DNA of 64,000 nucleotides from an uncultured Armatimonadetes bacterium (GTDB lineage Bacteria; Armatimonadota; UBA5829; DTJY01): NCBI GenBank assembly GCA_963717145.1, contig OY970325.1, positions 1,152,001-1,216,000 on the forward strand, in the 5' to 3' direction. Made by a program: the position numbers and the translations under genes. The notes under the pieces were generated by a model. It was not told the origin of the DNA. It worked only from the letters and a program-made list of their open reading frames with translations, and made no database searches. Shown piece after piece: positions 56,888-64,000 of the stretch (positions are counted from its first letter, which is position 1; each line of letters starts with the position of its first letter).

Positions 56888-56952
56888 GTAGTGGCCGTGC
56901 CTCCGTGCCGGCCATCACCACCGGAAGGCCGGCACGGAGGCACGGCCACTAC
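56888..56952. repeat. GTAG-type REP pair
   Basis: gtagtggccgtgcctccgtgccggcc ... ggccggcacggaggcacggccactac, perfect 26-bp arms. Confidence 0.9.
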
Positions 56953-56968
56953 GGAGATAACCCTGGTC

Positions 56969-58603
56969 TCAGGGCATCAGCTCTACCGAGCCCAGTTCCG
57001 CGCGAATCTCGTCCAGTCGGGCAAGCGAGAGAGGCCCTTCCTCCGTGATTACCGCGGTGAAATCCCCTATCGGTGTCCCGTCGAAGACCACTGTCCCCGT
57101 TCGCACGTAGTCGGAGTGGCCGCTGACACCCCTTGCTTCCCACTGCTCCAGGAAGAATGGCCATCCCGGAGGGATGATCTTGTAGGTCTGGGCAATCGCG
57201 TAGGAGGGCACGCCCGCCTCGCCGGCACTCGACACCGCAACGGACGTGCCGACCTTGTTCACGATCAGATTCTCTTCGGTGATAGCATCACAGCCCACGA
57301 GCACCGCGTCGACTTCTCGCGCCATCGCCGGGATCTCGCTGTCGGTAACGACTTTCACGCGCACACCCTCCGCATGAAGCTCGTCTGCGAGCCTCACACC
57401 CTCGCCGCCGGGCTTCGACTCAGCTACCAGCACCTTGCAGTCATTGTGCTTCCAAGCGAGGATGGTATCCCGAACGGCTTCACTATAGCTCAGCGTCAGG
57501 ATCGTGTTCTTGCCCTCGATCACCTCAGCCGCATTGGTCACAGAGAGGTCGGCTGCATCATTTACCATGGACAACAACTCGGTGACGAGCACGTCGAACT
57601 TGAACTGCCCACCCTCCCTGTCCATCGCCAGGAGGAGCCTCGCTGCCAGATCCGGAAAGACGCCCATCGTGGGGCGGCAAGAGGCAAATGCTCGGATCGA
57701 GCGCAGCAGCACATCGTGCCCAATGGAGTCGGACCTGTCCTGGACATACCCGCCGAGAGCAGCCAGTCCCTTTCGTGCAAGATTGGTCGCGCCACCGCAC
57801 CGGTCGGCGGCGATATCGGAGAGATCATCCCAAAACTGCGCGTCCCCGAACGGCGGCGACACTCGATCGAGGGCAGCGGCCAATCCGGGAACCGTCTCCA
57901 TGTCCTCCAAGTCGCTGGCGTGGAACCAATCCCACTTCTCCGCTTCCCAGTCCGTCCGAATTCCTGCGCCATCCTTCAGTTGGAACAGAAACGGCAGGAC
58001 GAGCCACGAGCGGCCCTCCTGGGCATCGTCTACCGGCAACGGGGCGCCGATCCCTCGCAGGCTCACGCTCTCCCGCGGCAATCCGGCCTCCTCGGAGAGT
58101 TCCGTAAATGCCTGGTCGAGCGGCATCTTCTCGACATAGCCGCTGAATGCCGCCCATGAGCCCTTGTATGTTCCAACTTGCTGACTCCGCTTGATCAGCG
58201 CAATCTTATCGCCTCGAACGACAAAAGCGGTCACCACGGGGACTTGTTCCTTCATTGTCTGCTCCTCACCGAAGAATTCGTCATCATGCTTACACGCCGG
58301 GGTGCCGACGATGAGGCACTTCACATCGCCATACGCCCGGTGAGCGACTCCCGGCGGGATCATGATTGTCACGCCGGGCCTCAACTCCACCGTGTCTTTA
58401 CCCAGTTCCATCTCTCCGTTACCTCCGAGGATGTAGTAGATTTCGGTGGCTTCCTTGTGGTAATGCCTGGTAGAGTCGATGATGTGCGTGACATGGACGT
58501 TGGCGACGGGGGTGTCCGCCCGCGTGATGATGCGCGTGCTCGTGCCACACGGGCACGGGACACTCGGGGCGTCTTCGATGGTGCGGTAGATGTATTCGGG
58601 CAT
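56969..58603 (-). CDS. Cupin + NUDIX + eIF2B-alpha/MtnA-like (sugar-phosphate isomerase fold) fusion
   Basis: HYH..TEIYY...PPGVAH cupin; GYVE...ELSEEAGL Nudix box; GGAT, RPTM, TLSYS, ESKP..EG, GCDAI and NKVGT. Internal SD and ATG at 58255. Confidence 0.75.
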   Translation of the reverse strand: MPEYIYRTIEDAPSVPCPCGTSTRIITRADTPVANVHVTHIIDSTRHYHKEATEIYYILGGNGEMELGKDTVELRPGVTIMIPPGVAHRAYGDVKCLIVGTPACKHDDEFFGEEQTMKEQVPVVTAFVVRGDKIALIKRSQQVGTYKGSWAAFSGYVEKMPLDQAFTELSEEAGLPRESVSLRGIGAPLPVDDAQEGRSWLVLPFLFQLKDGAGIRTDWEAEKWDWFHASDLEDMETVPGLAAALDRVSPPFGDAQFWDDLSDIAADRCGGATNLARKGLAALGGYVQDRSDSIGHDVLLRSIRAFASCRPTMGVFPDLAARLLLAMDREGGQFKFDVLVTELLSMVNDAADLSVTNAAEVIEGKNTILTLSYSEAVRDTILAWKHNDCKVLVAESKPGGEGVRLADELHAEGVRVKVVTDSEIPAMAREVDAVLVGCDAITEENLIVNKVGTSVAVSSAGEAGVPSYAIAQTYKIIPPGWPFFLEQWEARGVSGHSDYVRTGTVVFDGTPIGDFTAVITEEGPLSLARLDEIRAELGSVELMP

Positions 58604-58618
58604 GTTTCCTCCGGAACA

Positions 58619-58698
58619 GAGTATGGGAGTGTGGGGGTATGGGAGTGTGTGAGTCCGCAACACTCCCATACCCCCACACTCCCATACTCCCATACTCC
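58619..58698. repeat. Inverted tandem octamer (GTATGGGA) hairpin
   Basis: Perfect 30-bp arms gagtatgggagtgtgggggtatgggagtgt / acactcccatacccccacactcccatactc. Confidence 0.9.
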
Positions 58699-58699
58699 G

Positions 58700-60025
58700 C
58701 TAGAACTCCGTCGCGCCGCTGAAACGGAAGTCCTTCGCTCGGATGGCAGGCACGACCGCCCATGACTGGCGCTTGGTGTCCTTCGAGATCATATCAACGT
58801 TCGACAGGATCCGGAGCACGCTGTCGGTGAACCGCATGTTCTTGAGCGGCTTCGTGATCTTCCCGTTCTCGATCAGGAACGTACCGTCGCGGGTCATTCC
58901 CGTGATGAGCGTCTGCACCGGGTGGATGACGTTCGAGTAGTGGAAACGTGTGACGAGCACGCCGCGCTTCGTGGCGGCGATCATCTCCTCCACGGAGGAA
59001 TCGCCCGGCTGCATGAACATATTCGCCGCCATCGGCCCGTAGGTTCCTATGCCGCCACAAGCATGACCCGTCGACGCCTTGCCTTCCTTGTTGGCAGTGT
59101 ACGAGTCGTAGACGACCGCGTTTGCCACACCGTTGACGATGAGATCAACGCGCTGCTTCGGCACTCCCTCCGGGTCGAATCCCGCGGGCATGCCGCGAAG
59201 GTCGAGCCCGTCGTCCCAGATGGTAATGTTCTCCCCGACGATGCGCTGCCCGAACTTCCCGTTCATGAAACTACGGCCTTCCTGGACTGACAGCGCCCCA
59301 AAGCCGAGGTCGGACAGGAACCCGAGCAGATGGACCGTCGCATACGGGAGCAGGACGACGTGATATTCGCCCGGCTCGATGCCCTCAGGGTTCCTCGAAC
59401 GCACGCTTCGGTCGGCGGCCTCGATGCCTGCCCCGGTCGGATCGAAGTCCCCTATCGACCTGGAAACGCGGTCAGCGTATCCACATCCGGTTCCGGCGGT
59501 CATCACAGTGCTCATGGTCGCAACCGTGTCCGCCCGATATGCCTCGATGCCGAGCGAATTGGCGATCGCAATCTCGGCGTACTCGTTCCTGAGCGATCCG
59601 GCGGCGGAGGCGTCGCGCTTATTCCCCTCCGCGATCAGGCCGCCGACCGCTGAGGCGCGATCCTCCGGCGAGTAGGTTGCCGTGCGCTCGTCGAAGCTGT
59701 CGATCTGCTGGATCGGTTTGGGTTTGGGGAGCGAGACGAAGTCCGGGTTCTCGCCCGAGTTGCGGGCGAACCTCACGGCGCGCTCCGTTACCGCACGGAT
59801 CGAGGCGTCATCGAGCCTGTTGGTCGTCGCGTAACCGATTCGTTTGCCGCAGATCGCTTTGACAGCCAGTCCGCCGTTCCGCTCGGAGACATTCTGATGG
59901 ATCATCGAGTTGGCGAACCTCGTCAGGCTCGACTCGCCGATCTCGACCGTCGCCTGAGTCTGTTCGGCATCCGAGCACTCAAGAGCCTTTCGTACGATGT
60001 TCAGCACCGTGTCACGTCCGAGCAT
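58700..60025 (-). CDS. pmbA: TldE/PmbA family protein
   Basis: TRFANS.IHQN, FDPEGVP, STGHA and TGMTRDG; TGATG coupling to tldD. Confidence 0.85.
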   Translation of the reverse strand: MLGRDTVLNIVRKALECSDAEQTQATVEIGESSLTRFANSMIHQNVSERNGGLAVKAICGKRIGYATTNRLDDASIRAVTERAVRFARNSGENPDFVSLPKPKPIQQIDSFDERTATYSPEDRASAVGGLIAEGNKRDASAAGSLRNEYAEIAIANSLGIEAYRADTVATMSTVMTAGTGCGYADRVSRSIGDFDPTGAGIEAADRSVRSRNPEGIEPGEYHVVLLPYATVHLLGFLSDLGFGALSVQEGRSFMNGKFGQRIVGENITIWDDGLDLRGMPAGFDPEGVPKQRVDLIVNGVANAVVYDSYTANKEGKASTGHACGGIGTYGPMAANMFMQPGDSSVEEMIAATKRGVLVTRFHYSNVIHPVQTLITGMTRDGTFLIENGKITKPLKNMRFTDSVLRILSNVDMISKDTKRQSWAVVPAIRAKDFRFSGATEF

Positions 60026-61488
60026 CAACTTGTCTCCTCCGGGCACTCCATGACCCCGATGCGCACATTCTGGAACCTGGCTGGCGACACTCCATGTCCG
60101 ACGTGTGCAGACTGGCCGGGTTGCCCCTTCCCACAGTTTGGGATACCCCAGAGATGCCACTCATCCTCGTTGGCGATCGCGTCGCAGCCGCCCCAGAACT
60201 CGTAGGTGATGCCCGTGTACGTCGGATTCTTGTACACCTGGCCGAGCGAACCGTCCTCGATGTCCCAGGCAATCTCGGTCGCGAACTGGAAGTTGAGGCG
60301 CTTGTCATCGATGCTCCAGCAGCCGACCATCGCGCCGTAGAGGCCCCTCTGGGTGTCGGCGATCATCTCGTCGAGAGTCCAGTCGCCCGGATCGAGGTTG
60401 ATATTGGTCATGCGGATGAGCGGGATTCTGTTCCACCCATCGGCTCTCATCGCCCCGCCGCTCGCCTCGAAGCCGATCTTTGCCGCAGTCTCTCTTGACG
60501 TGAGATAGCCGACGAAGATACCGTCCTCGATGATCTGCACGCGCTGGGCGGGAACACCCTCGTCGTCGTAGAAGAAGCTGCCGAGGCCGCAGGGACTCGT
60601 TGCGTCGGCGGCGATATTGACGATATCCGAGCCGTACTTGAAGCTCCCCAGCTTGTCCGGCGTCAGAAAGCTCGTCCCGGCGTAGGAGGACTCGGTGCCG
60701 AACACCCGGTCGAGTTCGATCGGATGGCCGCAAGACTCGTGGACCTGGAGCGCGAGCATCGAGCCTTCGAGGATCAGCGTGCGGACATCAGAAGGGCATT
60801 GGGGCGCATCGAGGAGTTGCCTGGCCTCCCGGGCGACGCGCTCGGCCTCGTCGATCAAGTGCATCGCTTCGACGAACTCATATCCGGCCGTGGCGAAATC
60901 TCCGCCGAACGAGCACGGATACGAGCGCTTCTGCACTTCGCCCTCTCTGATCGCGGTGGACTCGATCCCCGCGCCGCTCTCAGTCTTGGTCTGCTCGATA
61001 TACGATCCCTCGGTACTGGCAAACACCGTGTCGTACCGCCAGAAGTTCATCGATGTCTGGGAGATGCCGATGTCGGGAGTGTCCCGCATGATCTTGTCAG
61101 CGTCGAGCAGGAGACTGATCTTGTCCTCGATGGGAACCTCGAATGGATCGAGCTTGAAGTCCGAGGCGAATCGGCCCTCAGCGGGTTCGACCGGCGCAAG
61201 CTCGACTGGCTCGTGTTCAAGGCTAGCGGAGGCCTTCGCGATCCGGACTGCCATCTCGGCCACTCGCTCGATCTCCTCGGGATTGACCTCCAGGCTGGCG
61301 GCGAATCCCCACGCGCCGTCCGCGATCACCCGGATGCCGAACCCGTAGTCGGACCCCGAACTGAGTCCTTCGACTCTGCCGTTCTTGACCTCGATGGATT
61401 CGGCCTGCTGCTCGACGATCCGGATGTCGCCGTAACTCGCTCCGAGCGCGCGGACCTTCTCCAGTGCTTTCTCCGTCAATTCTCTCAA
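60025..61488 (-). CDS. tldD: TldD metalloprotease
   Basis: HESCGHPIE zinc motif, YDDEGV, RMTN and CGKGQP. Confidence 0.92.
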   Translation of the reverse strand: MRELTEKALEKVRALGASYGDIRIVEQQAESIEVKNGRVEGLSSGSDYGFGIRVIADGAWGFAASLEVNPEEIERVAEMAVRIAKASASLEHEPVELAPVEPAEGRFASDFKLDPFEVPIEDKISLLLDADKIMRDTPDIGISQTSMNFWRYDTVFASTEGSYIEQTKTESGAGIESTAIREGEVQKRSYPCSFGGDFATAGYEFVEAMHLIDEAERVAREARQLLDAPQCPSDVRTLILEGSMLALQVHESCGHPIELDRVFGTESSYAGTSFLTPDKLGSFKYGSDIVNIAADATSPCGLGSFFYDDEGVPAQRVQIIEDGIFVGYLTSRETAAKIGFEASGGAMRADGWNRIPLIRMTNINLDPGDWTLDEMIADTQRGLYGAMVGCWSIDDKRLNFQFATEIAWDIEDGSLGQVYKNPTYTGITYEFWGGCDAIANEDEWHLWGIPNCGKGQPGQSAHVGHGVSPARFQNVRIGVMECPEETS

Positions 61489-61510
61489 GGGTGAGTGTAC
61501 TCCTCTCGGA

Positions 61511-61582
61511 TGTCATTCTGAACGCAGTGAAGAATCTGGCTCTCGGCTGTCGGCCAGATTCTTCACTGCGTTCAGAATGACA
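61511..61582. repeat. GTCATTCTGA-type palindromic element
   Basis: Perfect 30-bp arms tgtcattctgaacgcagtgaagaatctggc. Confidence 0.9.
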
Positions 61583-61675
61583 ACGCTGTCGGCCTTACGT
61601 GGTACCCGCTCCGTATTGCCGATGAAACGCTGAAGCTTAGTTGGGCATTTGGCGAGGTGTTTCCTGCCTGCCGTG

Positions 61676-63013
61676 CTATCGGAGGCGGAAGCGGAGTTTG
61701 CTGAGGAAACCTGGGATGCGACGAGCCGACTCGCACACCGCAACGGCCACCACCAGTTCCATGAATACCGACGGGACGTACTGCGTGTGAGCCAGGGTCT
61801 GAGCAGCCATGAAGGCCGGCGCTACCGAGATCACACACATGCTGAAACCGAGCAGTGCAGTCGGCCAGTCATGCCTGGCATTCCATGCAATCAACAGCCA
61901 GACGGTGTACGCACAGATGATCACCAGCCTGCATTGCAGCAGGAAACACTGTCCCATCGAAATGTCCCACCGAGACCGCAGAAACAACACGTCAGCACCG
62001 ATTCCCACGATGAAAGGAAGCAGGAGGATGAGGAACCTCGGCAGCAGACGCATCCGTTGAGTTGCCACGATGGCGACCGCAGCGAGAGTAGCGATCACGG
62101 ACGGGATGGGATCGATCATGAAGAAGCTCGAGAGGACGGGCCCGCCGAGATAGAGGAACATCCGCCAGAACCACGCCTCATTGTTACCTATGCGGTAGCC
62201 GATGCCGACCGCCAACAGGTGGATCACTATCAGCGCCGCCAACACGCCTGTCCACATGAGGATCGCTGTACGGTTCCGTCTCACCGACTCGCGGAGATAG
62301 TCGAACCTCGACGGCACGGCGAGTTGGCCTCTGTGACGGTAAGACAGCAGCAGCAGTGCCAGCGGCCACACAGTGAAGCCGATCTCCTTGAAACAGACGC
62401 TTACCACAGCAACCACCAGGCTCGATGCCCATCTGCCTCTCAGCAGCAGGATAAGGCTGATCATCATGGCGATTCCGGCGAGTGGATCGGGTATGTTCTT
62501 CGGGTCGCGCAGCAGTTCGAAAACGGGTTTCAACTCACCGAAAACCTCCGAGACGGGCCACGGCCTGAATCCCGCAAACAGCCACAATACCGTCATGACC
62601 AGCCAGAAGCGTTTGGTCAGCCGCCACAAGAAGAGGCCGGCGACGGATATGAAGCCGAGGTGCAATACGATGAGAATGATCTGGCGGGGAAGCATATAGT
62701 CCGGCGGCCAGATTAGTTTCATGCCCCAGAAGACGTAGGATGTGAGGGGCCTCCAGAACGGTACCTCTCCACACCACGTGTCTGTCCACCAGCTAAGTGT
62801 ATCGGAGAAGCTATGGATTCGGCTGAGCCCCCGGTCGAGGTACATCCAGTCGACGCCTCTATATGCCACTACCGGGTGATCCACATAGGGCTGGAGCATT
62901 GACCAGGCGCTTATCAGGATGCTGACTGCGACAATGAGCAGGACGACAACTCTGACCACTCTGCTGCTTCCCAGGCGTTCTATCCACTCCGACAGCCGAT
63001 TGCCCGACGCCAT
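61676..63013 (-). CDS. Polytopic membrane protein, GT-C glycosyltransferase-like
   Basis: Many TM helices; DW in the first loop; FWRPL and FKE motifs. Confidence 0.5.
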   Translation of the reverse strand: MASGNRLSEWIERLGSSRVVRVVVLLIVAVSILISAWSMLQPYVDHPVVAYRGVDWMYLDRGLSRIHSFSDTLSWWTDTWCGEVPFWRPLTSYVFWGMKLIWPPDYMLPRQIILIVLHLGFISVAGLFLWRLTKRFWLVMTVLWLFAGFRPWPVSEVFGELKPVFELLRDPKNIPDPLAGIAMMISLILLLRGRWASSLVVAVVSVCFKEIGFTVWPLALLLLSYRHRGQLAVPSRFDYLRESVRRNRTAILMWTGVLAALIVIHLLAVGIGYRIGNNEAWFWRMFLYLGGPVLSSFFMIDPIPSVIATLAAVAIVATQRMRLLPRFLILLLPFIVGIGADVLFLRSRWDISMGQCFLLQCRLVIICAYTVWLLIAWNARHDWPTALLGFSMCVISVAPAFMAAQTLAHTQYVPSVFMELVVAVAVCESARRIPGFLSKLRFRLR

Positions 63014-63017
63014 AATC

Positions 63018-64000
63018 CTACATCCTGACCGAGTAGCCTTCCAATTTGCTCTCGTCGATCTCCACCCCGATGCCCGGGGAATCGCTGAGACGAACGACGG
63101 CTCCATCTATGGATACGCCACTTGCGACCGGATCGTCTGCGAGGAACTGCGGACCATTGAGGTCAACCGGTATCTCGACGCCGTACGCGGCGTAGAGGTG
63201 TGCGCTTGCCGCCAATCCGAGGCGGGTCTCCGTCAGCCCGCTGCCAAGCAGCCAGATGCCCGAATCGAGTGCCCGCTCGATGCACTTCCGCGCGCCGGTC
63301 AGCCCGGCCATCTTCGACACCTTGATCACCAGGGCGTTGAGCGCCTTCAGTCGGATAAGCTGATCCAGGTCGCCGACCGAGAAGACGCTCTCATCGACGG
63401 CGATCGGGACAGCCGAGCGACTCACCAACTCCGCCAGGCCGAGGAAGTCGTTCGCGGCCACCGGCTGCTCGAGGACATCCGCGCCGATCTCCGCCATCTT
63501 CCGGCTCAGCTCTACCGCATCCTCGACCGAATACGCCTGGTTCGCGTCGGCCCAGAGATAGCATCCCTCCGCGGCCGACTTCACCGCGCGCAGGATGTCC
63601 ACGTCCAGCGACGGCTGCATCCCGATCTTGACCTTGAAGCCCTCGTAACCCGCGGCACGAGCATCAGCGGTGACCTTCTCGGCCTTCGCCGGGCTGTCCA
63701 CACTGACGAGGTAGCTCAGACGAACCCGCCCGGGATCGCCCTGCTTGAGGAACGAATGCAGGGGCATCCCGACGCGCTTCGCATTCAGATCCATGAGCGC
63801 CATGTCGATGCCCGACTTGGCGACCGGCTGGCCGACAGTGATCCCCGGAGCGATCTCCCGCTCCATGACCGCATGGACCGCCTCAATGTCGGTCGCGTCT
63901 ATGCCGATGAGCGCCGGAGCCAGGTAGTTGCGGATCGTAGTGACGACTGATTCCTGGGTCTCGTAGCTCCATCGAGGGCTCGGGCGCGATTCGCCCCAGC
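63018..64000 (-). CDS. Mandelate racemase/muconate lactonizing enzyme family (5' end outside window)
   Basis: GWGE near the window edge; KVKIG, DANQ, EQP, DES, IKVSK and DLNG. Confidence 0.9.
   Translation of the reverse strand, partial: WGESRPSPRWSYETQESVVTTIRNYLAPALIGIDATDIEAVHAVMEREIAPGITVGQPVAKSGIDMALMDLNAKRVGMPLHSFLKQGDPGRVRLSYLVSVDSPAKAEKVTADARAAGYEGFKVKIGMQPSLDVDILRAVKSAAEGCYLWADANQAYSVEDAVELSRKMAEIGADVLEQPVAANDFLGLAELVSRSAVPIAVDESVFSVGDLDQLIRLKALNALVIKVSKMAGLTGARKCIERALDSGIWLLGSGLTETRLGLAASAHLYAAYGVEIPVDLNGPQFLADDPVASGVSIDGAVVRLSDSPGIGVEIDESKLEGYSVRM

Noticed and set aside
58700-61488. RiPP/microcin cluster around tldD-pmbA
   Set aside because: No precursor peptide, YcaO or transporter lies nearby; this is an ordinary housekeeping pair.

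Overview
GC-rich bacterial chromosomal segment, probably from a metagenome assembly. The gene content is loosely reminiscent of Armatimonadota or similar saccharolytic organisms, but the lineage cannot be fixed from this window. No rRNA, tRNA or CRISPR array was recognised. Contents: (1) carbohydrate and sulfur genes: GHMP kinase, heparinase II/III-like lyase, cysD-cysNC, GH99-like protein, sulfotransferase, Thr-type sulfatase-like protein, GH38, GH29, three Gfo/Idh/MocA oxidoreductases, TIM isomerase, URO-D family protein and a beta-helix protein; (2) housekeeping genes: rlmN, purH-type AICAR transformylase with a ZMP/ZTP riboswitch, nrdR-nrdJ with tandem NrdR boxes, folE2, ggt, tldD/pmbA and an RRM protein; (3) three toxin-antitoxin modules; (4) one complete 1500-bp IS66-family element with terminal inverted repeats and an 8-bp target duplication, splitting a HAD phosphatase gene coupled to folE2. 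The most unusual signals are: many palindromic REP-like elements, several inserted in frame inside proteins (CysNC, RlmN beside its Fe-S motif, a secreted hydrolase) or supplying stop codons; a synonymously diverged duplicate of the nrdJ 3' end that forms a 34-aa zinc-ribbon mini-ORF behind a RelBE module; two 8 x 21-bp intergenic arrays; and a cupin-NUDIX-eIF2B-like fusion. The clustered single-base frameshifts in cysD, the sulfatase and nrdJ are most likely assembly errors.
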